A DNA stretch of 60,979 bases from Chiloscyllium plagiosum. Lineage: Eukaryota. The DNA is taken from NCBI RefSeq assembly GCF_004010195.1, contig NC_057754.1, forward strand, positions 9,111,728-9,172,706, in the 5' to 3' direction. Shown piece by piece: positions 11,836-22,719 of this stretch (positions are counted from its first letter, which is position 1; each line of letters begins with the position of its first letter). The position numbers and the translations under genes are program-made. The notes beneath the pieces were generated by a model. It saw only the letters and a list, made by a program, of their open reading frames with translations, did no database searches and had not been told where the DNA came from.

Positions 11836-13416
11836 TTATTCCTGGATCTGATCAGCAGGATCAATAACAGCAGAATCCAAACTCTGATGACACGTATGAG
11901 CTCGCTGATGTAACATTAGGTTGAAGGACCGAGTGAATCCCTTTCCGCACACGGAGCAGGTGAACGGTCTCTCCCCAGTGTGAACCCGCTGATGTGTAAG
12001 CAGTTGGGATGACCAAGGGAATCCCTTCCCACACGTAGAACAGGTAAATAGTCTCTCCCCAGTGTGAACTCGCTGGTGTGCATTAAGGGTGGATGACTGT
12101 CTGAAACTCTTTCCACAGAAGACACAGCTGAATGGATTCTCCTCAGAGTGAATTCGCTGGTGTATCAGGCAGTTTGAAGACCGAGCAAATGCCTTGCCAC
12201 ACACAAAGCAGGTGAATGGCTTCTCCCCTGTGTGAACCCGCTGATGTGACCGGAGGTAGGATGACTGCCTGAATCCCTTTCCACAAGCACTGCAGCTGAA
12301 TGGCTTCTCCTCAGTGTGAACTCGCTGGTGTGACCAAAGGCCAGACGAATGGGTGAATCCCTTCCCACACACGGAGCAGATAAATGGCTTCTCCCCAGTG
12401 TGGATTCGCTGGTGTGCAGTGAGATCGGAAGACTGCCTGAATCCCTTCCCACAATGAGTGCAGCTGAACGGCCTCTCCTCGCGATGAATTCGCTGGTGCA
12501 ATGTGAGGCTGGCTAACTGAGTAAATCCCTTCCCACACACAGAGCAGGTGAATGGTCTCTCCCTCGTGTGTACCCGCTGATGTGCAGTGAGGGTGGATAA
12601 CTGCCTGAAACTTTTTCCGCATTGCGTGCAGCTGAATGGCCTTTCCTCAGTGTGAATTCGCTCATGTACCACAAGGTTAGCCGACTGAGTGAAGCCCTTC
12701 CCACACACCGAGCAGCTGAATGGCTTCTCCCCAGTGTGATTTCGCTGGTGTGTCAGTAGAGCAGATGACTGAGTAAATCCCTTCCCACACAAAGAGCAGG
12801 TGAATGGTCTCTCGCCAATGTGAACTCGCTGGTGTGACAGGAGTTCTGATGAAGATTTGAATCTCTTTCTACAGGATGTGCAGCTGAAAGGCCTCTCCTT
12901 AGTGTGAATTCGCTGGTGTACTACCAGGTTAGCTGACTGAGTGAATCCTTTCCCACACACTGAGCAGGTAAATGGCTTCTCCCCTGTGTGAGTACGTTGG
13001 TGTATCATCAGGATGGAGGACTGAGTGAATCCTTTCCCACACACAGAGCAGGTGAACGGTCTCTCCCCAGTATGAAGTCGCTGGTGTGCGGTGAGGGTAG
13101 ACGACTGTCTGAATCTTTTCCCACAATAAGTGCAGGTAAATGGCCTCTCCTCAGTGTGAACTCGCTGGTGTAGCATGAGGTTGGCTGACTTAGAAAATCC
13201 CCTCCCACATACGGAGCATATGAATGGCTTCTCCCCAGTGTGAGTGCGTCGATGAATTTCCAGCAGGGATGGATAATTGAATCCTTTACCACAATCCTCA
13301 CATTTCCATGGTTTATCTGCACTGTCAGCCACATTGTGACTGCGTTGATGATATTCCAAACGGGATCGGTAAATGAAGGCTTTACCGCAGTCATCACATT
13401 TCCATGGTTTCTCCAT
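11836..13416 (-). CDS. C2H2 zinc-finger protein, 18 tandem fingers, no KRAB/SCAN/BTB seen (ZNF gene 1)
   Basis: Uninterrupted ORF with 18 CxxC-x12-HxxxH units and TGEKP-type linkers. First in-frame ATG is 13416 (MEKPWKC; the track start at 13452 is a TTG). Ends with tail LDSAVIDPADQIQE*. Confidence 0.92.
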   Translation of the reverse strand: MEKPWKCDDCGKAFIYRSRLEYHQRSHNVADSADKPWKCEDCGKGFNYPSLLEIHRRTHTGEKPFICSVCGRGFSKSANLMLHQRVHTEERPFTCTYCGKRFRQSSTLTAHQRLHTGERPFTCSVCGKGFTQSSILMIHQRTHTGEKPFTCSVCGKGFTQSANLVVHQRIHTKERPFSCTSCRKRFKSSSELLSHQRVHIGERPFTCSLCGKGFTQSSALLTHQRNHTGEKPFSCSVCGKGFTQSANLVVHERIHTEERPFSCTQCGKSFRQLSTLTAHQRVHTRERPFTCSVCGKGFTQLASLTLHQRIHREERPFSCTHCGKGFRQSSDLTAHQRIHTGEKPFICSVCGKGFTHSSGLWSHQRVHTEEKPFSCSACGKGFRQSSYLRSHQRVHTGEKPFTCFVCGKAFARSSNCLIHQRIHSEENPFSCVFCGKSFRQSSTLNAHQRVHTGERLFTCSTCGKGFPWSSQLLTHQRVHTGERPFTCSVCGKGFTRSFNLMLHQRAHTCHQSLDSAVIDPADQIQE

Positions 13417-13779
13417 GCTGCCGCTGTCCTTGTGTCTCTCCAGTTTGAGCAATCAATCAAAGCCTTGTTCACATGCAGAATGTGTTAACAATTTCTCCCA
13501 CTGCAAAATGGAGTGATGTATTTTCAGAGTGTATAGCAAGTGGAGGGTTCACCACAGTCAGGGCACAGGAACACTCTCAATCCTGTGTGTTGGCATTTTT
13601 CCCATTCAGAACGATATTTGAAATCTTTTCCCAAAGATAAACACAGAGCAGTCAGTTGTTAAGTTCTATGGAGCATTTGTTTTCCTCTTATATTTTCACA
13701 GAGCCTTTGAATCCAAATCTATAGCACCACCTCGTCACTCTACTTCCAGGTGAGCGCTTTCCTCTCCGTGTTTGGATCT

Positions 13780-14365
13780 CCAGCTCTCATGTTCAGATCT
13801 CCCCTGATCACAGACCCGGAAGCTCAGCTCAGTCAGTTACCTCACCAAGATGGCCGCCGATTTGGCCTGCACTTCCCCCAAAATGGCGGACGGCCCGTTT
13901 CCCGGGCAACCCTGGCCCATCCCCAAAATGGCGGACGGCCCGTTGCTTAGGTAACCCTGGTTCACAACCCCTCCCCCCCCCAGCCCAAGGGAGGGAGCCC
14001 CGTCGTGCCTCCCACTCAAGATGGCGGTCAATGAGTACTGTCCTCCAGGGCCTGATCCGCCCGCAGGGCAAACACGGGGGACCCTGAGCTCTTATTCAGA
14101 ACCACAGACCTCCTGCAGGAGTTGGTAAAGTTGCCAGGCCTCAATGGCCGCGGTCTCCTTTCCTACCCTGCCTCACAATCTTCTTCGGCCGCCCGAATCG
14201 TCCGCTCTTCTTCAGACTGTCCCCATGACTGGGACTGAGCATGCTCAGAGCACTGCCCGCTCCCGCACCTGCGCACTGGGCTCCCTTACCCACTGATAGG
14301 GGGCTTTCTGCACCACAGAGGGGTCTAGGTAAATAATCTGCCATTGGTCTCCTATCATCACTGAT
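13780..14365 (-). promoter_or_regulatory. CpG-rich promoter/first-exon region of ZNF gene 1
   Basis: High CpG density. Repeated AANATGGC(G/C) YY1-type motifs (~13847, 13880, 13925, 14018). NRF1-like ctgagcatgctcag and tgcgca. Candidate minus-strand splice donors near 13845, 14166 and 14288. Confidence 0.65.
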
Positions 14366-14479
14366 TAGCAGTGTGATACATTCTGGGTACATAACAGTGC
14401 CATTGAATTGGTGACTAAGAGTTAATGATTTCCCATCCCAACTGGAACTGAACCCAAAGGCCTAAAACAAAGTACTGCA

Positions 14480-15363
14480 CGTTTACAGAGGAGACAAGCA
14501 GGAGGCTGGAAAAACACACCAAGCCAGGCAGTATCAGGAGGTGAAGAAGTCAACGTTTCAGATATAACTGTTCTTCAAGACTGGGGGTGGGGGTGCGGGA
14601 AACTGCAGATAAGGGGGGGGGGGGGTGGTGGAGGTTTTGGGTGAGGAGAGGGGGCGGGATGATGAGGTTGTGACAGGTGAACACAGGTGGAGGGTATGGC
14701 CTGGTTGGTAGTTGGAAGGAAGGGTCGTTCACCCGCCCATTTCAAATCCGCTTCCCATTCCCTCTCTGACATGACCATCTTCGGCCTCATCCATTGTGAG
14801 AAACAGAACTCACTCACAAATCAATCAGCCTGAGACAAAGCCTTGGAAACAAGAACAATTTATTACAGTCTTGCAAGAACTGGACGCCTCTGCAATCAAG
14901 CAGAAATGCGCACGAAAACAGAGCCTGTTAGCATTCTTATTTAATTTACGAGTTGCGGAATCACGCCTCCCTTTTCCCATCCTATCATAAGCCGATTACC
15001 TCCCTTGTTAGTTATTTTCTTATCTGGCCATCCTGCTGTCCTTGTCTGCATTCTTTGTTCCTTGTTTGTTACAGCTTGTTCTTTTATCAGTTTCTCTTAT
15101 CATACTATAAGCTTTATTGTGAAATGCTCTTGCTGCTGCTTTTTGTGGTCAGCTACAACCCTTTAAAGTTATTTCCTAGCTTAAAACTATTTTCTTTAAA
15201 AGACCCTCTATATTCATTAAAGTCTTAGCCTTAAGTATACTACATGCTACAAGAATTAACACCCCTCCCCCCACCTGCAAAAACAACATTTCTAATCTCC
15301 CACACATTGCACACTGAATCAGACTGCAAATTTCATCTGCCTGGGAAGCCGACAGCCTGGAAG
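14480..15363. mobile_element. PLE (family D): inverted pLTR plus direct GIY-YIG C-terminus, interrupted by a solo LTR and followed by CR1
   Basis: Paralog of 26940-27338. Degenerate hammerhead on minus at ~14548-14582. Confidence 0.6.
14797..15304 (-). mobile_element. Solo LTR
   Basis: TG...CA termini, 5-bp TSD cattg (14792-14796/15305-15309), AATAAA on minus at 14859-14864. Absent from the paralogous unit. Confidence 0.7.
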
Positions 15364-15537
15364 ACTTTATCGAGGTTTATAAAATCATGTGGGGCATAGT
15401 TTGGGTAAGATGAGTTATTTTTCCTTGCAGTGGCAAAGTCCAGAATTAGAGGGCATAGGTTTACGGTGAGAAGGGAAAACTTAAAAGGAACCTAAGGGGC
15501 AACTTTTTTCCACACAAAGTGTATTACTCCAGGTGTG

Positions 15538-15731
15538 TCAAAAAGTGTGGTGCTAGAAAAGCACAGTAGGTCAGGCAGCATCTGAGGAGCAGGAGAAGCA
15601 ATGTTTTGGGTATAAGCCCTCCTGATGAGTCTTATGCATGAAACATCCCTTCTTCTGCTCCTCAGATGCTGCCTGACCTGCTGTACATTTCCAGCACCAC
15701 AATTTTAGATTTTGATCTCCAGCATATGAAG
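15538..15731 (+). mobile_element. Fold-back PLE pLTR element (family A), older
   Basis: Imperfect inverted arms centred at cctgatga plus tail. TSD tccaggtgtg at 15528-15537/15732-15741. Confidence 0.75.
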
Positions 15732-17295
15732 TCCAGGTGTGGCCTCACCAACAACCTACACAGTTGTAACATAAACTCCCTCCTTTTAAACTCAATCACT
15801 GTTACAATGAAGGACAAAATTCCATTTGCCTGTTGAAAAGTGTGGTGCTGGAAAAGCGCAGCAGGCCAGGCAGAATCTGAGGAGCAGGAGAATCAACGTT
15901 TCAGGCATAAGCCCTTCTTCAGGAATGAGACTGGTGTGCCGAGGGGGTGGGACGGAGAGGTTGAGAAGAAGATTGTAGGTCAAGAGGGTGGTGCTGAATC
16001 CGGGGGTTGGGATTGAGATAAGGTGGTGGGAGGGGAAATGAGGAAGCTGAAGAAATCTACATTCATCCTGTGTGGTTGGAGGGTTCCTAGGCGGAAGATG
16101 AGGCGCTCTTCTTCCAGCCGTCGTGTGGCCAGGGTCTGGCAATGGAGGAGGCAAAGGACCTGCAAGTCCTTGGCGGAGTGGGAATTACCTGTTGTACCTG
16201 CAAACCAACCTTCTGTGATTCATGCATGAAGATACCCTTGCACAGCAGCATGCCAAATGTTTTTTTACTGTTTAAGTAAGAGTCCTTTTTAGTGTTATTT
16301 CTATCAAAATTGATGGCTTCACATTTATTAACATTGTACTCTATCTGCCAGACCTTTGCCCATTCACTTAGACTATCTATGTCCCTTTGCAAAGTTTCAC
16401 AATCCTCTGCACACTTTGCTTCACCACTTTGTCATCTACAAACTTCGAAATAGTACAGATGGTCCCCAACTCCAAATCATTTTTGGAAATTATAAACAAT
16501 TGCGGTTCCAACATTGATCCCTGAGGCACGGCCCAAGTCACTAGTCGCCAACCAGCAATTATTTAATCAATCCTCTCTCCATGCTAATACATAACTCGTA
16601 ATGCTGTGTACCTTTATCTTATGCAGTAGCCTTTTGTGTGGCACCTTGTTGAATGCCTTTTGGAAATCTAGAAACACCACAACTACTGGGTCCCCATTGT
16701 CTACCATGCTCATGTCTTCATAGAATTACGCAAATTGGTTAAACATGACCTGCCTTTCATGAACCCGTGCTGCGTCTGCATAATGGGACAATTTCAATCT
16801 GGATTTCTTGCTAATTCTTCCTTGATGGTAGATTCAAACATTTTCCCCATTACAGAGGTTAGGTCAACTGGCCTATAATTCCCCATCTTTTGTCTACCTC
16901 CTTCTGTAAACAGTAGTGTCATATTTGCTGTTTTCCAATCAGCTGGAACTACCCCGGAGTCCAGTGAATTTTGGAAAATTACCATGAACGCATTTGCTAT
17001 TTCTCCAACCATTCTATTTTAGTACCTCGGGATGCATTCCATCATGGTCTGGAGACTTGTCTACCTTTAGCTCCAACAGCTTGCCTAAGACTACTTCTTT
17101 TATGATAATGCTCATTTCTAGGTCCTCACCTACCTTAGCCTTCTTGTCAATTACTGGCATGTTTCTTCTGTCTTCCAGCGTAAAGACTGACACAAAATAC
17201 TTGTTCTGTGCCTCGGTCATTTCCTCATTTCCCATTATTGCATCCCCCTTCTCATCCTCTAAAGGACCAATGTTTAGCTTGCCATCTTTTTTATT
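15732..17295 (-). mobile_element. CR1 LINE ORF2 (RT) relic, interrupted by a PLE
   Basis: KSPDHDGMHPEVLK, DWKTANMT, NYRPVDLTS, QRDIDSLSEWAKVWQ. Confidence 0.85.
15831..16190 (-). mobile_element. PLE 3' fragment (family A): GIY-YIG C-terminus, hammerhead and pLTR
   Basis: Encodes RRLEEERLIFRLGTLQPHRMNVDF. Hammerhead-like attc-ctgaaga-a-gggc-ttat-gcct-gaaac-gtt at 15926-15891. Confidence 0.8.
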
Positions 17296-17740
17296 TTATA
17301 TATTGCCAATGAATGTGAAAAAGTAAGAATTTATAAACAATGTCAGAACAGAGAGTTTTCAGTCATTGTGAAAGATTGAATAGGTTTGGCTTTTACTGCA
17401 AGGGAAGCCTTCAAGATGACTTGCTACAAGTTTTTAAAAATTATTCATGGATAATATAGATTTGGACCCACATTTTCCCACTCGTGGGAGAGTTAAAAAT
17501 AAGCACCATAAATGCAAGAGAGTAACTAATGAATCTAACAAGGAAATAAGGAGAAATGTCTGATGAGCGAGTTGTTAGAACAGAATTTTCCAAAGTGGAT
17601 GTTGGAACCTCAAATGGGGTCACAAGCTCCAAGGCAGCAATGGCCACAGTGAAACTCCAACTAAGTTACAAGAAAAAGAACTGACTTAGAAAGACGAAAA
17701 AAAGAAACAAACAATAAAAAACTGGAACTAAGAAACTGCT

Positions 17741-17874
17741 ATGATTTGGAGGTGCCAGTGTTGGACTGGGATGTACAAAGTTAAAAATCACACAACACCA
17801 GGTTATAGTCAAGGAGCGTCGCTCCGAAAGCTAGTGTGCTTCCAATTAAACCTGGTGTTGTGTGATTTTTAACT
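17741..17874 (-). mobile_element. Deleted fold-back PLE pLTR element (family C)
   Basis: Arms aaaaatcacacaacaccagg / cctggtgttgtgtgattttt with a partial hammerhead. TSD aactaagaa(a/g)ctgct at 17726-17740/17871-17885. Confidence 0.75.
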
Positions 17875-17914
17875 AAGAAGCTGCTGACACCTTGAAACTA
17901 TTGCCGATTGTCAG

Positions 17915-18130
17915 AAGAAAAGCACATATGGCTCATTAATTCCTTCAGGGAAGGAAATCTGCCGTTCTCACCTGGTCTGGCCTACTTTGACTCCAGATCC
18001 ACAGCAATGTGGTTGGCTTTCAAATGCCCTTTGAAATGGCTTAGCAAGTCACTCAGTTCAAGGGTAGCAAGGGGTAGGCAATAAATGCTGGCCAGCCAGT
18101 GACACCCATGTCCCACAAGTGAAAATAAAA
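17915..18130 (+). mobile_element. Second SINE type with L2-like tail (SacSINE1/DeuSINE-like)
   Basis: agggaaggaaatctgcc...caataaatgctggccagccag. A related copy lies on minus at ~50645-50875. Family name is from recall. Confidence 0.55.
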
Positions 18131-18280
18131 GCTATGCTCCCACTCTAACAGGTACCCACACTTTTGGATTTGGCCCCTCCCTACTCTCAAAAGTCTCAAA
18201 CCCAAACCCACTGGTCTACTTCCAGTCTCACAGGTCTCTCTCCCTTACTGTACTCTCTAACCCACACACACCCAACTCCA

Positions 18281-18439
18281 GTCTGGATTAGAGTGGTGCT
18301 GGAAAAGCACAGCAGTTTAAGCTTTTGCCTTAAATTTCGATTTTACTGCTCCTCAGATGCTGCCTGAACTGCTGTGCTTTTCCAGCACCACTCTAATCTA
18401 GACTCTGGTTTCTAGCATCTGCAGTCATTGTTTTTACCT
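18281..18439 (+). mobile_element. Fold-back PLE pLTR element (family A variant)
   Basis: Inverted arms plus tail. TSD acacccaactcca at 18268-18280/18440-18452. Confidence 0.75.
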
Positions 18440-19345
18440 ACACCCAACTCCATAAAACCATCAGAAATATGAATAGGAGTAGGCCATTCAACCCGTCAAG
18501 ACTTCTGCATTATTCAATTGGATCACGCAGAGGGTGGTGCATGTATGGAATGAGCTGCCAGAGGAAGTGGTGGAGGCTGGTACAATTACAACATTTATAA
18601 AACATCTGGACAGGCATATGAATGGGAACATATAGAGGGATATAGGCCAAGTGCTGGCAAATGGGACTAGATTAGGTTCAGATATCCAGTCGACATGGAC
18701 AAGTTGGACTGAAGGATCTGTTTACATGCTGTACATCTCTATGCCTCTACAACTCCGCTCCCAAAACCCGTCGGGACAGGGAGTTCCAAAGACTCACAAC
18801 CCTCTGATAAGAGATTCCTCCTCATCTTAATCTTAAATTCGCACCTCTTAATTCTGAGACTATGTTCTCCAACACAGGTCTCACAGTAACTTTTAAGCCT
18901 AAAAACAAGATCACGATGGGAAAAGTTTGGGAAGCATTGTGTTAGAAAGTAAAATTCACAACCACATGAAATGTTTGATGTGACTAGCTTAGGTGCTTCA
19001 AGAGGAGCGTAGGCGATTGTATGTGAGAAAACAGAATAGAAAGCAAACAGGCTGACAAGGTATATGGAATGTGTTGTATATCATTGAACTATGACATAGT
19101 GGGCAAAAAGGTATAGGACAGAGATGTGCTCTACCATTCCATGAAATCAGTACTTGATCTGACTCCACTTACCTGCCTTAATGCCATAACTCATGATATT
19201 CTTGCTGATAAGGTATCTGTCCATCACAGTCTTGAATATACTTAATGGCCCAGCTTCAACAGTATTCTGCTGTCAATAGTTGCACAGATTTATTGAGAGA
19301 GAAAAAAACCTCATCTTTGTCCTAAATAGGCAGTCCCTTAGTCTG

Positions 19346-20430
19346 TGTGGTGTAAAATTATGTCCCAATACATGTGTGAATCATAATGTAACACATGTAT
19401 TGGGCCAAGCAGTGGAATGTGGTGTAAAATTATGTCCCAATACATGTGTGAATCATAATGTAACACATGTATCGGGCCAAGCAGTGGAATGTGGTGAAAC
19501 GGTTAACATGTGTGCTCATAATGTAACACATGTATTGGGCCAAGCAATGGAATGTGGTGNNNNNNNNNNNNNNNNNNNNNNNNNNNNNNNNNNNNNNNNN
19601 NNNNNNNNNNNNNNNNNNNNNNNNNNNNNNNNNNNNNNNNNNNNNNNNNNNNNNNNNNNNNNNNNNNNNNNNNNNNNNNNNNNNNNNNNNNNNNNNNNNN
19701 NNNNNNNNNNNNNNNNNNNNNNNNNNNNNNNNNNNNNNNNNNNNNNNNNNNNNNNNNNNNNNNNNNNNNNNNNNNNNNNNNNNNNNNNNNNNNNNNNNNN
19801 NNNNNNNNNNNNNNNNNNNNNNNNNNNNNNNNNNNNNNNNNNNNNNNNNNNNNNNNNNNNNNNNNNNNNNNNNNNNNNNNNNNNNNNNNNNNNNNNNNNN
19901 NNNNNNNNNNNNNNNNNNNNNNNNNNNNNNNNNNNNNNNNNNNNNNNNNNNNNNNNNNNNNNNNNNNNNNNNNNNNNNNNNNNNNNNNNNNNNNNNNNNN
20001 NNNNNNNNNNNNNNNNNNNNNNNNNNNNNNNNNNNNNNNNNNNNNNNNNNNNNNNNNNNNNNNNNNNNNNNNNNNNNNNNNNNNNNNNNNNNNNNNNNNN
20101 NNNNNNNNNNNNNNNNNNNNNNNNNNNNNNNNNNTGTGGTGTGTCCCAATACATGTGTGCTCATAATGTAATACATGTGTGCTCATAATGTAACACATGT
20201 ATTGGGCCAAGCAGTGGAATGTGGTGTGTCCCAATACATGTGTGCTCATAATGTAATACATGTGTGCTCATAATGTAACACATGTATTGGGCCAAGCAGT
20301 GGAATGTGGTGTGTCCCAATACATGTGTGCTCATAATGTAATACATGTGTGCTCATAATGTAACACATGTATTGGGCCAAGCAGTGGAATGTGGTGAAAG
20401 GGTTAAAATTGTGTCCCAATACATGTGTGA
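19346..20430. repeat. 72/85-bp minisatellite with internal inverted repeat; N-gap 19560-20134
   Basis: 72-bp units start at 19346 and 19418; 85-bp units at 20135, 20220 and 20305. Each has cccaatacatgtgt...acacatgtattggg. Followed by a ~118-bp direct duplication at 20432-20668. Confidence 0.9.
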
Positions 20431-20978
20431 ATCTAACCGGAATGGAGGTGTTGCTTAGTCCCGTGTGAATCTTATTACACACCTTCCCGTGTGAATCTTC
20501 TTATCTGTATGTAACCAGAATGGAATGTGTTTTTTAGCCTTGCTCTGCTCTAACCGAAAATGGAAGGTGTCGCTTAGTCCCGTGTGAATCTTGTTATACA
20601 CCTTCCCGTGTGAATCTTCTTATCTGTATGTAACCAGAATGGAATGTGTTTTTTAGCCTTGCTCTGCTGTTCACATGAATGTTTATATCTGGAAAAGAGT
20701 ATATCAGCTGGAAAAGTCTCCAGTTCGGTGAGTCTGCTCCGGGGTTACGTTTAACCGCCGAGCGTGGGTTGTTGGCAACCGCTCTACGAGAACTGACGGC
20801 TCCCAGTTCCGGTAACATGTAGAGTGAGTATAAGCCAGACCCGTTGTAAGTATGGGACCTGGTTGTGGCGACGCTGCGGGGAATAAAATGCTCATATTCT
20901 AGCAGACTCGTCTCTTGGTCGTTTGTTCTGTGTCAGACTACTCTCCTACGAACCTGACCTTGAGAATTTTTTAAAACA
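19346..20978 (+). mobile_element. Solo LTR containing a tandem-repeat array (spans the assembly gap)
   Basis: TG...CA termini, 5-bp TSD gtctg (19341-19345/20979-20983) inside a CR1. TATA-like at ~20828, AATAAA at 20882. Confidence 0.65.
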
Positions 20979-21297
20979 GTCTGAGAATATGTCCTCTGGA
21001 ACTAAATTTTCTGACCAGGAGAAAGAATATCTCCACATCTACCCTGTCAAACTCCAAAGAACATTACACGTTTCAACAAGGTCACTTCTCATTCTGCTGA
21101 ATTCCAATGAGTAGAAGTCCTACTCAAACTCTCCTCATAAGAAAGGTAGTGTCTGCTGACACCCGCAACTATGGCCAACTGCATGTGCGCTAATTTGGGA
21201 ATACACACAATTCCCTGGAAATTAGAAGTGAGGACAGGGTTTGGGGAGAGAAGTGAGGATGGGGACTGGACTGCATTTCCCTGTACTTGTTTAAGTG

Positions 21298-22280
21298 TGC
21301 ATCTTCAGTGAGCCTCTGGATGAAGCACTGCTGCTGTTTCCTGCTTTCTATTTATATGTTTGGGTTTCCTTGGGTTGGTGACGTCATTTTCTATGATGAG
21401 GTCATTTTCTGTTCTTTTTCTCAGGGGGTGGTAAATGGGATCCAAGTCAATGTGTTTGTTGATAAGAGTTCCGGTTGGATGCCATCCTTCTAGGAATTCT
21501 CGTGCATGTCTCTGTTTTGCTTGTCCTAGAATGGGTGTGTTGTCCCAGTCGAAGTGGGGAAGGAAAATCACCGATAGTGTCTTCAAAAAGAATGGATACC
21601 TAATGAACATAGTCTGCCGATTTCTCAGCAACAAACCCAAACAAGCAGACAAAGCGTGTCCAGAAACCCTAGCCACTCTCCCCTACATCAAAGACATTTT
21701 GGAAATGACTGCCAGACTACTCAGACCCTTTGGTATCATAGCAGCCCACCAACACACTAAAACAGCAGCTAATTAACTTGAAATACCCTATACAGCCAAA
21801 ACTAATGTCATTTACAAAATACTGTGCGAGAACTGTAACAAACACTACATTGGACAAACAAGCAGAATACTAGCCTCCAGGATACATGAACATCAACTAG
21901 CCACAAATTGACATGACCCTCTCTCACTAGTATCCTTACATACAGATAAGGAAGGACACCACTTTGACTGGGAGAACACACCCATTCTAGGACAAGCCAA
22001 ACAGAGACATGCACGAGAATTCCTAGAAGCATGGCATTCCAACCTGAACTCTATCAACAAACACATTGACTTGGATCCCATTTACCACCGCCTGAGAAAA
22101 AGAACAGAAAATGAGATCATAGGAAATGATATCACCAACCCAAGGAAACCTAAACATATAAATATAAATCAGGAAACACCAGCAGTGCCTCAATAGGAGG
22201 CTCACTGAAGATGGTACCTAGTATGGTGACGAAATATCTGAAAATGAATCTTACAGCTCAGCGAGCAAACCTACATCCAT
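21298..22280 (+). mobile_element. PLE (family B, Poseidon/Penelope-like): inverted 3' segment plus direct RT-thumb/GIY-YIG relic
   Basis: Encodes VFKKNGY...TLPYIK...NVIYKILCENCNKHYIGQTSR...REFLEAWH. 21298-21555 is an inverted copy of the 3' end. Confidence 0.88.
22202..22241 (+). ncRNA. Hammerhead ribozyme motif (family B, partly decayed)
   Basis: UCA-CUGAAGA-U-GGUACC-UAGUAU-GGUGAC-GAAA-UAUC-UGA. Confidence 0.6.
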
Positions 22281-22719
22281 CCGAAGATAAAACCCATCAT
22301 ATTCTTCAGCCCCATTAGTTCCCCTAGTACTTTCTTTTTGATGATAATTACTTTGGTTCTTCCATTCCTCCTTTAGTTCCTCAATTATTTAGTATTCTTG
22401 GAATGCTATTAACGTCCTCCACTGTGAAGACTTATGAATAATATTTGTTCAAATCCTCTCCAAATTCCTGGCTGCCCATGATTATTTCACCAACCTCATT
22501 CTCCAAATGATCTACAGTCACTGTGGCCTCTCACTTCCTTGTCAAATATTTAAAGAAGCTCTTACTGTCTGTAGTGGTGCTACTTGCTAGTAACAGCCTA
22601 CATCGTGTTTTTTTTTCTTCTTTACTTTTTTTTGCTCATCATTTTTTGGTTTTTAAACTTCCCCAAACTTCCAGTTTACATTTGCCACATTGTATATGTT
22701 TTCTTTCAATTTGATACCA

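Noticed and set aside
11916..13488. Alternative-frame and antisense ORFs overlapping the ZNF genes
   Set aside because: Typical shadows of repetitive C2H2 coding sequence.
13417..13620. N-terminal extension or effector domain for genes 1 and 2 (TTG start, FLCPDCG relic)
   Set aside because: The upstream finger-like sequence has stops and frameshifts; no KRAB/SCAN/BTB motif seen. An unseen spliced coding exon cannot be fully excluded.
19280..20482. Long ORFs and a CRISPR-like look of the palindromic repeat array
   Set aside because: The ORFs run through Ns and tandem repeats. Units have no unique spacers, there are no cas genes, and the context is vertebrate.
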